NCBI GenBank assembly: GCA_964247055.1
Contig: OZ176056.1
Coordinates: forward strand, 1,984,001 to 2,048,000
Direction of reading: 5' to 3'
DNA length: 64,000 nt
From: Paragordius varius
Taxonomy: Eukaryota > Animalia > Nematomorpha
A program made the translations under genes and the position numbers. Every line of letters starts with the position of its first letter. Position 1 is the first letter of the stretch. Below the pieces are notes generated by a model. That model saw only the letters and a list, made by a program, of their open reading frames with translations. It had not been told where the DNA came from and made no database searches. Of the stretch, positions 50,779 to 64,000 are shown piece by piece.

Positions 50779-53700
50779 AAGATGTTTGTTTTAGTTGTTA
50801 ACGAGTTGAGATTTGATTGAAAACAGATTTTGCCGGACGGTTTATTGGATTTGGCTAACTTGAGTTTACTGTAAAGGACTAAACAGATTAAAGTATTATT
50901 GTGTACATCCACTCATCACCGAAGCCCCAATTCAGTAACAAGATAGATGGTGTTTTGGTTGTTAACGAGTTGAGAATTGATTGAAAACAGATTTTGCCGG
51001 ACGGTTTATTGTAAGATTTGTCTAACTTGAGTTTACTGTAAAGGACTAAACAGATTAAAGTATTATTGTGTACATCCACTCATCACCGAAGCCCCAATTC
51101 AGTAACAAGATAGACGGTGTTTTGGTTGTTAACGAGTTGAGAATTGATTGAAAACAGATTTTGCCGAACGGTTTATTGTAAGATTTGGCTAACTTGAGTT
51201 TACTGTAAAGGACTAAACAGATTATATTATTGTGTACATCCACTAATCACCGAAGCCCCAATTCAGTAACAAGATAGACGGTGTTTTGGTTGTTAATGAG
51301 TGTTGAATTGATTGAAAACAGATTTTGCCGGACGGTTTATTGTAAGATTTGGCTAACTTGAGTTTACTGTAAAGGACTAAACAGATTAAAGTATTATTGT
51401 GTACATCCACTCATCACCGAAGCCCTAATTCAGTAACAAGATAGACGGTGTTTTGGTTGTTAACGAGTTGAGAATTGATTGAAAACAGATTTTGCTGGAC
51501 GGTTTATTGTAAGATTTGGCTAACCTGAGTTTACTGTAAAGGACTAAACAGATTAAAGTATTATTGTGTACATCCACTCATCACCGAAGCCGCCATTCAG
51601 TAACAAGATAGATGGTGTTTTGGTTGTTAACGAGTCGAGAATTGATTGAAAACAGATTTTGCTGGACGGTTTATTGTAAAGACTTGGCTAACTGGAGTTT
51701 ACTGTAAAGGACTAAACAGATTAAAGTATTATTGTGTACATCCACTCATCACCGAAGCCCCAATTCAGTAACAAGATAGACGGTGTTTTGGTTGTTAACG
51801 AATTGAGAATTGATTGAAAACAGATTTTGCCGGACGGTTTATTGTAAAGACTTGGCTAACTTGAGTTTACTGTAAAGGACTAAACAGATTAAAGTATTAT
51901 TGTGTACATCCACTCATCACCGAAGCCCCAATTCAGTAACAAGATAGACGGTGTTTTGGTTGTTAACGAATTGAGAATTGATTGAAAACAGATTTTGCCG
52001 GACGGTTTATTGTAAGATTTCGCTAACTTGAGTTTACTGTAAAGGACTAAACAGATTAAAGTATTATTGTGTACATCCACTCATCACCGAAGCCCCAATT
52101 CAGTAACAAGATAGACGGTGTTTTGGTTGTTAACGAATTGAGAATTGATTGAAAACAGATTTTGCAGGACGGTTTATTGTAAAGACTTGGCTAACTTGAG
52201 TTTACTGTAAAGGACTAAACAGATTAAAGTATTTTTGTGTACATCCACTCATCACCGAAGCCCCAATTCAGTAACAAGATAGACGGTGTTTTGGTTGTTA
52301 ACGAATTGAGAATTGATTGAAAACAGATTTTGCCGGACGGTTTATTGTAAGATTTGGCTAACTTGAGTTTACTGTAAAGGACTAAACAGATTAAAGTATT
52401 ATTGTGTACATCCACTCATCACCGAAGCCCCAATTCAGTAACAAGATAGACGGTGTTTTGGTTGTTAACGAGTTGAGAATTGATTGAAAACAGATTTTGC
52501 CGGACGGTTTATTGTAAGATTTGGCTAACTTGAGTTTACTGTAAAGGACTAAACAGATTAAAGTATTATTGTGTACATCCACTCATCACCGAAGCCCCAA
52601 TTCAGTAACAAGATAGACGGTGTTTTGGTTGTTAACGAATTGAGAATTGATTGAAAACAGATTTTGCAGGACGGTTTATTATAAAGACTTGGCTAACTTG
52701 AGTTTACTGTAAAGGACTAAACAGATTAAAGTATTATTGTGTACATCCACTCATCACCGAAGCCCCAATTCAGTAACAAGATAGACGGTGTTTTGGTTGT
52801 TAACGAGTTGAGAATTGATTGAAAACAGATTTTGCCGGACGGTTTATTGTAAAGAATTGGCTAACTTGAGTTTACTGTAAAGGACTAAACAGATTAAAGT
52901 ATTATTGTGTACATCCACTCATCACCGAAGCCCCAATTCAGTAACAAGATAGACGGTGTTTTGGTTGTTAACGAATTGAGAATTGATTGAAAACAGATTT
53001 TGCCGGACGGTTTATTGTAAGATTTGTATAATTTGAGTTTACTGAAAGGACTAAACAGATTAACTTTTATTTGTACATTCACTCATCACCGAAGCCCCAA
53101 TTCAGTAACAAGATAGACGGTGCTTTAGTTATTAACCTGAGAATTGATTGAAAACAGATTTTGCCGGACGTTTTATTGTAAGATTTGGCTAACTTGAGTT
53201 TACTGTAAAGGACTAAACAGATTAAAGTATTATTATGTACATCCACTCATCACCGAAGCCCCAATTCAGTAACAAGATAGACGGTGTTTTGGTTGTTAAC
53301 GAGTTGAGAATTGATTGAAAACAGATTTTGCCGGACGGTTTATTGTAAAGACTTGGCTAACTTGAGTTTACTGTAAAGGACTAAACAGATTAAAGTATTA
53401 TTGTGTACATCCACTCATGACCGAAGCCCCAATTCAGTAACAAGATAGACGGTGTTTTGGTTGTTAACGAGTTGAGAATTGATAGAAAACAGATTTTGCC
53501 GGACGGTTTATTGTAAGATTTGGCTAACTTGAGTTTACTGTAAAGGACTAAACAGATTAAAGTATTATTGTGTACATCCACTCATCACCGAAGCCCCAAT
53601 TCAGTAACAAGATAGATGGTGTTTTAGTTGTTAACAAGTTGAGAATTGATTGAAAACAGATTTTGCCGGACGGTTTATTGTAAGATTTGGCTAACTTGAG

Positions 53701-56700
53701 TTTACTGTAAAGGACTAAACAGATTAAAGTATTATTGTGTACATCCACTCATCACCGAAGCCCCAATTCAGTAACAAGATAGACGGTGTTTTGGTTGTTA
53801 ACGAGTTGAGAATTGATTGAAAACAGATTTTGCCGGACGGTTTATTGTAAGATTTGGCAATGAGTTTACTCTAAAGGACTAAACAGATTAAAGTATTATT
53901 GTGTACATCCACTCATCACCGAAGCCCCAATTCAGTAACAAGATAGACGGTGTTTTGGTTGTTAACGAATTGATTGATTGAAAACAGATTTTGCCGGACG
54001 GTTTATTGTAAAGACTTGGCTAACTTGAGTTTACTGTAAAGGACTAAACAGATTAAAGTATTATTGTGTACATCCACTCATTACCGAAGCCCCAATTCAG
54101 TAACAAGATAGACGGTGTTTTGGTTGTTAACGAGTTGAGAATTCATTGAAAACAGATTTTGCCGGACGGTTTATTGTAAGATTTGGCTAACATGAGTTTA
54201 CTGTAAAGGACTAAACAGATTAAAGTATTATTGTGTACATCCACTCATCACCGAAGCCGCCATTCAGTAACAAGATAGATGGTGTTTTGGTTGTTAACGA
54301 GTTAAGAATTCATTGAAAACAGATTTTGCCGGACGGTTTATTGTAAGACTTGGCTAACTTGAGTTTACTGTAAAGGACTAAACAGATTAAAGTATTATTG
54401 TGTACATCCACTCATCACCGAAGCCCCAATTCAGTAACAAGATAGACGGTGTTTTGGTTGTTAACGAATTGAGAATTGATTGAAAACAGATTTTGCCGGA
54501 CGGTTTATTGTAAAGAATTGGCTAACTTGAGTTTACTGTAAAGGACTAAACAGATTAAAGTATTATTGTGTACATCCACTCATCACCGAAGCCCCAATTC
54601 AGTAACAAGATAGACGGTGTTTTGGTTGTTAACGAATTGAGAATTGATTGAAAACAGATTTTGCCGGACGGTTTATTGTAAGATTTGTATAATTTGAGTT
54701 TACTGAAAGGACTAAACAGATTAACTTTTATTTGTACATTCACTCATCACCGAAGCCCCAATTCAGTAACAAGATAGACGGTATTTTAGTTATTAACCTG
54801 AGAATTGATTGAAAACAGATTTTGCCGGACGGTTTATTGTAAGATTTGGCTAACTTGAGTTTACTGTAAAGGACTAAACAGATTAAAGTATTATTGTGTA
54901 CATCCACTCATCACCGAAGCCCCAATTCAGTAACAAGATAGATGGTGTTTTAGTTGTTAACAAGTTGAGAATTGATTGAAAACAGATTTTGCCGGACGGT
55001 TTATTGTAAGATTTGGCTAACTTGAGTTTACTGTAAAGGACTAAACAGATTAAAGTATTATTGTGTACATCCACTCATCACCGAAGCCCCAATTCAGTAA
55101 CAAGATAGACGGTGTTTTGGTTGTTAACGAGTTGAGAATTGATTGAAAACAGATTTTGCCGGACGGTTTATTGTAAAGACTTGGCTAACTTGAGTTTACT
55201 GTAAAGGACTAAACAGATTAAAGTATTATTGTGTACATCCACTCATGACCGAAGCCCCAATTCAGTAACAAGATAGACGGTGTTTTGGTTGTTAACGAGT
55301 TGAGAATTGATAGAAAACAGATTTTGCCGGACGGTTTATTGTAAGATTTGGCTAACTTGAGTTTACTGTAAAGGACTAAACAGATTAAAGTATTATTGTG
55401 TACATCCACTCATCACCGAAGCCCCAATTCAGTAACAAGATAGATGGTGTTTTAGTTGTTAACAAGTTGAGAATTGATTGAAAACAGATTTTGCCGGACG
55501 GTTTATTGTAAGATTTGGCTAACTTGAGTTTACTGTAAAGGACTAAACAGATTAAAGTATTATTGTGTACATCCACTCATCACCGAAGCCCCAATTCAGT
55601 AACAAGATAGACGGTGTTTTGGTTGTTAACGAGTTGAGAATTGATTGAAAACAGATTTTGCCGGACGGTTTATTGTAAGATTTGGCAATGAGTTTACTCT
55701 AAAGGACTAAACAGATTAAAGTATTATTGTGTACATCCACTCATCACCGAAGCCCCAATTCAGTAACAAGATAGACGGTGTTTTGGTTGTTAACGAATTG
55801 ATTGATTGAAAACAGATTTTGCCGGACGGTTTATTGTAAAGACTTGGCTAACTTGAGTTTACTGTAAAGGACTAAACAGATTAAAGTATTATTGTGTACA
55901 TCCACTCATTACCGAAGCCCCAATTCAGTAACAAGATAGACGGTGTTTTGGTTGTTAACGAGTTGAGAATTCATTGAAAACAGATTTTGCCGGACGGTTT
56001 ATTGTAAGATTTGGCTAACATGAGTTTACTGTAAAGGACTAAACAGATTAAAGTATTATTGTGTACATCCACTCATCACCGAAGCCGCCATTCAGTAACA
56101 AGATAGATGGTGTTTTGGTTGTTAACGAGTTAAGAATTCATTGAAAACAGATTTTGCTGGACGGTTTATTGTAAGACTTGGCTAACTTGAGTTTACTGTA
56201 AAGGACTAAACAGATTAAAGTATTATTGTGTACATCCACTCATCACCGAAGCCCCAATTCAGTAACAAGATAGACGGTGTTTTGGTTGTTAACGAATTGA
56301 GAATTGATTGAAAACAGATTTTGCCGGACGGTTTATTGTAAAGAATTGGCTAACTTGAGTTTACTGTAAAGGACTAAACAGATTAAAGTATTATTGTGTA
56401 CATCCACTCATCACCGAAGCCCCAATTCAGTAACAAGATAGACGGTGTTTTGGTTGTTAACGAGTTGAGAATTGATTGAAAACAGATTTTGCCGGACGGT
56501 TTATTGTAAGATTTGGCAATGAGTTTACTCTAAAGGACTAAACAGATTAAAGTATTATTGTGTACATCCACTCATCACCGAAGCCCCAATTCAGTAACAA
56601 GATAGACGGTGTTTTGGTTGTTAACGAATTGATTGATTGAAAACAGATTTTGCCGGACGGTTTATTGTAAAGACTTGGCTAACTTGAGTTTACTGTAAAG

Positions 56701-59700
56701 GACTAAACAGATTAAAGTATTATTGTGTACATCCACTCATTACCGAAGCCCCAATTCAGTAACAAGATAGACGGTGTTTTGGTTGTTAACGAGTTGAGAA
56801 TTCATTGAAAACAGATTTTGCCGGACGGTTTATTGTAAGATTTGGCTAACATGAGTTTACTGTAAAGGACTAAACAGATTAAAGTATTATTGTGTACATC
56901 CACTCATCACCGAAGCCGCCATTCAGTAACAAGATAGATGGTGTTTTGGTTGTTAACGAGTTAAGAATTCATTGAAAACAGATTTTGCCGGACGGTTTAT
57001 TGTAAGACTTGGCTAACTTGAGTTTACTGTAAAGGACTAAACAGATTAAAGTATTATTGTGTACATCCACTCATCACCGAAGCCCCAATTCAGTAACAAG
57101 ATAGACGGTGTTTTGGTTGTTAACGAATTGAGAATTGATTGAAAACAGATTTTGCCGGACGGTTTATTGTAAAGAATTGGCTAACTTGAGTTTACTGTAA
57201 AGGACTAAACAGATTAAAGTATTATTGTGTACATCCACTCATCACCGAAGCCCCAATTCAGTAACAAGATAGACGGTGTTTTGGTTGTTAACGAATTGAG
57301 AATTGATTGAAAACAGATTTTGCCGGACGGTTTATTGTAAGATTTGTATAATTTGAGTTTACTGAAAGGACTAAACAGATTAACTTTTATTTGTACATTC
57401 ACTCATCACCGAAGCCCCAATTCAGTAACAAGATAGACGGTATTTTAGTTATTAACCTGAGAATTGATTGAAAACAGATTTTGCCGGACGGTTTATTGTA
57501 AGATTTGGCTAACTTGAGTTTACTGTAAAGGACTAAACAGATTAAAGTATTATTGTGTACATCCACTCATCACCGAAGCCGCCATTCAGTAACAAGATAG
57601 ACGGTGTTTTGGTTGTTAACGAGTTGAGAATTGATAGAAAACAGATTTTGCCGGACGGTTTATTGTAAGATTTGGCTAACTTGAGTTTACTGTAAAGGAC
57701 TAAACAGATTAAAGTATTATTGTGTACATCCACTCATCACCGAAGCCCCAATTCAGTAACAAGATAGATGGTGTTTTAGTTGTTAACAAGTTGAGAATTG
57801 ATTGAAAACAGATTTTGCCGGACGGTTTATTGTAAGATTTGGCTAACTTGAGTTTACTGTAAAGGACTAAACAGATTAAAGTATTATTGTGTACATCCAC
57901 TCATCACCGAAGCCCCAATTCAGTAACAAGATAGACGGTGTTTTGGTTGTTAACGAGTTGAGAATTGATTGAAAACAGATTTTGCCGGACGGTTTATTGT
58001 AAAGACTTGGCTAACTTGAGTTTACTGTAAAGGACTAAACAGATTAAAGTATTATTGTGTACATCCACTCATGACCGAAGCCCCAATTCAGTAACAAGAT
58101 AGACGGTGTTTTGGTTGTTAACGAGTTGAGAATTGATAGAAAACAGATTTTGCCGGACGGTTTATTGTAAGATTTGGCTAACTTGAGTTTACTGTAAAGG
58201 ACTAAACAGATTAAAGTATTATTGTGTACATCCACTCATCACCGAAGCCCCAATTCAGTAACAAGATAGATGGTGTTTTAGTTGTTAACAAGTTGAGAAT
58301 TGATTGAAAACAGATTTTGCCGGACGGTTTATTGTAAGATTTGGCTAACTTGAGTTTACTGTAAAGGACTAAACAGATTAAAGTATTATTGTGTACATCC
58401 ACTCATCACCGAAGCCCCAATTCAGTAACAAGATAGACGGTGTTTTGGTTGTTAACGAATTGATTGATTGAAAACAGATTTTGCCGGACGGTTTATTGTA
58501 AAGACTTGGCTAACTTGAGTTTACTGTAAAGGACTAAACAGATTAAAGTATTATTGTGTACATCCACTCATCACCGAAGCCGCCATTCAGTAACAAGATA
58601 GACGGTGTTTTGGTTGTTAACGAGTTAAGAATTCATTGAAAACAGATTTTGCCGGACGGTTTATTGTAAGATTTGGCTAACATGAGTTTACTGTAAAGGA
58701 CTAAACAGATTAAAGTATTATTGTGTACATCCACTCATCACCGAAGCCGCCATTCAGTAACAAGATAGATGGTGTTTTGGTTGTTAACGAGTTAAGAATT
58801 CATTGAAAACAGATTTTGCCGGACGGTTTATTGTAAGACTTGGCTAACTTGAGTTTACTGTAAAGGACTAAACAGATTAAAGTATTATTGTGTACATCCA
58901 CTCATCACCGAAGCCCCAATTCAGTAACAAGATAGACGGTGTTTTGGTTGTTAACGAATTGAGAATTGATTGAAAACAGATTTTGCCGGACGGTTTATTG
59001 TAAAGAATTGGCTAACTTGAGTTTACTGTAAAGGACTAAACAGATTAAAGTATTATTGTGTACATCCACTCATCACCGAAGCCCCAATTCAGTAACAAGA
59101 TAGACGGTGTTTTGGTTGTTAACGAGTTGAGAATTGATTGAAAACAGATTTTGCCGGACGGTTTATTGTAAGATTTGGCAATGAGTTTACTCTAAAGGAC
59201 TAAACAGATTAAAGTATTATTGTGTACATCCACTCATCACCGAAGCCCCAATTCAGTAACAAGATAGACGGTGTTTTGGTTGTTAACGAATTGATTGATT
59301 GAAAACAGATTTTGCCGGACGGTTTATTGTAAAGACTTGGCTAACTTGAGTTTACTGTAAAGGACTAAACAGATTTAAGTATTATTGTGTACATCCACTC
59401 ATTACCGAAGCCCCAATTCAGTAACAAGATAGACGGTGTTTTGGTTGTTAACGAGTTGAGAATTCATTGAAAACAGATTTTGCCGGACGGTTTATTGTAA
59501 GATTTGGCTAACATGAGTTTACTGTAAAGGACTAAACAGATTAAAGTATTATTGTGTACATCCACTCATCACCGAAGCCGCCATTCAGTAACAAGATAGA
59601 TGGTGTTTTGGTTGTTAACGAGTTAAGAATTCATTGAAAACAGATTTTGCCGGACGGTTTATTGTAAGACTTGGCTAACTTGAGTTTACTGTAAAGGACT

Positions 59701-62700
59701 AAACAGATTAAAGTATTATTGTGTACATCCACTCATCACCGAAGCCCCAATTCAGTAACAAGATAGACGGTGTTTTGGTTGTTAACGAATTGAGAATTGA
59801 TTGAAAACAGATTTTGCCGGACGGTTTATTGTAAAGAATTGGCTAACTTGAGTTTACTGTAAAGGACTAAACAGATTAAAGTATTATTGTGTACATCCAC
59901 TCATCACCGAAGCCCCAATTCAGTAACAAGATAGACGGTGTTTTGGTTGTTAACGAATTGAGAATTGATTGAAAACAGATTTTGCCGGACGGTTTATTGT
60001 AAGATTTGTATAATTTGAGTTTACTGAAAGGACTAAACAGATTAACTTTTATTTGTACATTCACTCATCACCGAAGCCCCAATTCAGTAACAAGATAGAC
60101 GGTATTTTAGTTATTAACCTGAGAATTGATTGAAAACAGATTTTGCCGGACGGTTTATTGTAAGATTTGGCTAACTTGAGTTTACTGTAAAGGACTAAAC
60201 AGATTAAAGTATTATTGTGTACATCCACTCATCACCGAAGCCGCCATTCAGTAACAAGATAGACGGTGTTTTGGTTGTTAACGAGTTGAGAATTGATAGA
60301 AAACAGATTTTGCCGGACGGTTTATTGTAAGATTTGGCTAACTTGAGTTTACTGTAAAGGACTAAACAGATTAAAGTATTATTGTGTACATCCACTCATC
60401 ACCGAAGCCCCAATTCAGTAACAAGATAGATGGTGTTTTAGTTGTTAACGAGTTGAGAATTGATTGAAAACAGATTTTGCCGGACGGTTTATTGTAAAGA
60501 CTTGGCTAACTTGAGTTTACTGTAAAGGACTAAACAGATTAAAGTATTATTGTGTACATCCACTCATGACCGAAGCCCCAATTCAGTAACAAGATAGACG
60601 GTGTTTTGGTTGTTAACGAGTTGAGAATTGATAGAAAACAGATTTTGCCGGACGGTTTATTGTAAGATTTGGCTAACTTGAGTTTACTGTAAAGGACTAA
60701 ACAGATTAAAGTATTATTGTGTACATCCACTCATCACCGAAGCCCCAATTCAGTAACAAGATAGATGGTGTTTTAGTTGTTAACAAGTTGAGAATTGATT
60801 GAAAACAGATTTTGCCGGACGGTTTATTGTAAGATTTGGCTAACTTGAGTTTACTGTAAAGGACTAAACAGATTAAAGTATTATTGTGTACATCCACTCA
60901 TCACCGAAGCCCCAATTCAGTAACAAGATAGACGGTGTTTTGGTTGTTAACGAGTTGAGAATTGATTGAAAACAGATTTTGCCGGACGGTTTATTGTAAA
61001 GACTTGGCTAACTTGAGTTTACTGTAAAGGACTAAACAGATTAAAGTATTATTGTGTACATCCACTCATGACCGAAGCCCCAATTCAGTAACAAGATAGA
61101 CGGTGTTTTGGTTGTTAACGAGTTGAGAATTGATAGAAAACAGATTTTGCCGGACGGTTTATTGTAAGATTTGGCTAACTTGAGTTTACTGTAAAGGACT
61201 AAACAGATTAAAGTATTATTGTGTACATCCACTCATCACCGAAGCCCCAATTCAGTAACAAGATAGATGGTGTTTTAGTTGTTAACAAGTTGAGAATTGA
61301 TTGAAAACAGATTTTGCCGGACGGTTTATTGTAAGATTTGGCTAACTTGAGTTTACTGTAAAGGACTAAACAGATTAAAGTATTATTGTGTACATCCACT
61401 CATCACCGAAGCCCCAATTCAGTAACAAGATAGACGGTGTTTTGGTTGTTAACGAGTTGAGAATTGATTGAAAACAGATTTTGCCGGACGGTTTATTGTA
61501 AGATTTGGCAATGAGTTTACTCTAAAGGACTAAACAGATTAAAGTATTATTGTGTACATCCACTCATCACCGAAGCCCCAATTCAGTAACAAGATAGACG
61601 GTGTTTTGGTTGTTAACGAATTGATTGATTGAAAACAGATTTTGCCGGACGGTTTATTGTAAAGACTTGGCTAACTTGAGTTTACTGTAAAGGACTAAAC
61701 AGATTAAAGTATTATTGTGTACATCCACTCATTACCGAAGCCCCAATTCAGTAACAAGATAGACGGTGTTTTGGTTGTTAACGAGTTGAGAATTCATTGA
61801 AAACAGATTTTGCCGGACGGTTTATTGTAAGATTTGGCTAACATGAGTTTACTGTAAAGGACTAAACAGATTAAAGTATTATTGTGTACATCCACTCATC
61901 ACCGAAGCCGCCATTCAGTAACAAGATAGATGGTGTTTTGGTTGTTAACGAGTTAAGAATTCATTGAAAACAGATTTTGCCGGACGGTTTATTGTAAGAC
62001 TTGGCTAACTTGAGTTTACTGTAAAGGACTAAACAGATTAAAGTATTATTGTGTACATCCACTCATCACCGAAGCCCCAATTCAGTAACAAGATAGACGG
62101 TGTTTTGGTTGTTAACGAATTGAGAATTGATTGAAAACAGATTTTGCCGGACGGTTTATTGTAAAGAATTGGCTAACTTGAGTTTACTGTAAAGGACTAA
62201 ACAGATTAAAGTATTATTGTGTACATCCACTCATCACCGAAGCCCCAATTCAGTAACAAGATAGACGGTGTTTTGGTTGTTAACGAGTTGAGAATTGATT
62301 GAAAACAGATTTTGCCGGACGGTTTATTGTAAGATTTGGCAATGAGTTTACTCTAAAGGACTAAACAGATTAAAGTATTATTGTGTACATCCACTCATCA
62401 CCGAAGCCCCAATTCAGTAACAAGATAGACGGTGTTTTGGTTGTTAACGAATTGATTGATTGAAAACAGATTTTGCCGGACGGTTTATTGTAAAGACTTG
62501 GCTAACTTGAGTTTACTGTAAAGGACTAAACAGATTAAAGTATTATTGTGTACATCCACTCATTACCGAAGCCCCAATTCAGTAACAAGATAGACGGTGT
62601 TTTGGTTGTTAACGAGTTGAGAATTCATTGAAAACAGATTTTGCCGGACGGTTTATTGTAAGATTTGGCTAACATGAGTTTACTGTAAAGGACTAAACAG

Positions 62701-64000
62701 ATTAAAGTATTATTGTGTACATCCACTCATCACCGAAGCCGCCATTCAGTAACAAGATAGATGGTGTTTTGGTTGTTAACGAGTTAAGAATTCATTGAAA
62801 ACAGATTTTGCCGGACGGTTTATTGTAAGACTTGGCTAACTTGAGTTTACTGTAAAGGACTAAACAGATTAAAGTATTATTGTGTACATCCACTCATCAC
62901 CGAAGCCCCAATTCAGTAACAAGATAGACGGTGTTTTGGTTGTTAACGAATTGAGAATTGATTGAAAACAGATTTTGCCGGACGGTTTATTGTAAAGAAT
63001 TGGCTAACTTGAGTTTACTGTAAAGGACTAAACAGATTAAAGTATTATTGTGTACATCCACTCATCACCGAAGCCCCAATTCAGTAACAAGATAGACGGT
63101 GTTTTGGTTGTTAACGAATTGAGAATTGATTGAAAACAGATTTTGCCGGACGGTTTATTGTAAGATTTGTATAATTTGAGTTTACTGAAAGGACTAAACA
63201 GATTAAAGTATTATTGTGTACATCCACTCATCACCGAAGCCCCAATTCAGTAACAAGATAGACGGTATTTTAGTTATTAACCTGAGAATTGATTGAAAAC
63301 AGATTTTGCCGGACGGTTTATTGTAAGATTTGGCTAACTTGAGTTTACTGTAAAGGACTAAACAGATTAAAGTATTATTGTGTACATCCACTCATCACCG
63401 AAGCCGCCATTCAGTAACAAGATAGACGGTGTTTTGGTTGTTAACGAGTTGAGAATTGATAGAAAACAGATTTTGCCGGACGGTTTATTGTAAGATTTGG
63501 CTAACTTGAGTTTACTGTAAAGGACTAAACAGATTAAAGTATTATTGTGTACATCCACTCATCACCGAAGCCCCAATTCAGTAACAAGATAGATGGTGTT
63601 TTAGTTGTTAACAAGTTGAGAATTGATTGAAAACAGATTTTGCCGGACGGTTTATTGTAAGATTTGGCTAACTTGAGTTTACTGTAAAGGACTAAACAGA
63701 TTAAAGTATTATTGTGTACATCCACTCATCACCGAAGCCCCAATTCAGTAACAAGATAGACGGTGTTTTGGTTGTTAACGAGTTGAGAATTGATTGAAAA
63801 CAGATTTTGCCGGACGGTTTATTGTAAAGACTTGGCTAACTTGAGTTTACTGTAAAGGACTAAACAGATTAAAGTATTATTGTGTACATCCACTCATGAC
63901 CGAAGCCCCAATTCAGTAACAAGATAGACGGTGTTTTGGTTGTTAACGAGTTGAGAATTGATAGAAAACAGATTTTGCCGGACGGTTTATTGTAAGATTT
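50779..64000. repeat. Second array of the same satellite, same orientation, ~79 copies, running off the window end
   Basis: Same monomer, with a frequent 167-bp variant (gtaagatttggc instead of gtaaagacttggc). Starts with a degenerate partial unit at ~50,779. Confidence 0.98.

Noticed and set aside
2666-63725. Dozens of 62-72 aa ORFs (MDVHNNTLICLV...) as a tandem gene family
   Set aside because: They arise only where 1-bp indel variants of the satellite join two frames; most monomers have stops in every frame.

Overview
Very AT-rich eukaryotic DNA, probably animal: a ~40 kb gene island (~10.4-50.8 kb) between two same-orientation arrays of one ~168-bp satellite (1-~10,400 and ~50,780-64,000). 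The repeated 62-72 aa ORFs in the track are satellite artefacts. The island's minus strand carries: a 14-exon acetyl-CoA carboxylase gene (782 codons) that breaks off just before the biotinyl domain; the 3' exons of a fibronectin type III (FN3) gene immediately downstream; and a gene the ORF track misses, built from about 26 symmetric phase-1 micro-exons of 6-48 nt plus a terminal exon (35,702->27,540), with more micro-exon candidates up to ~49.7 kb. Introns range from 26 nt to several kb. Mobile elements: two decayed RTE-clade LINEs (one 5'-inverted, with a PHD-type finger and a 14-bp TSD), a young Penelope element (1.4-kb inverted duplication, 13-bp TSD, variant minimal hammerhead motifs) and several MITE families, two of which host retroelements. 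Top leads: the micro-exon gene, the truncated ACC/FN3 junction, a possible FN3-coding origin of the satellite, and the U3-A8 hammerhead. All exon models were read by eye and lack transcript support.
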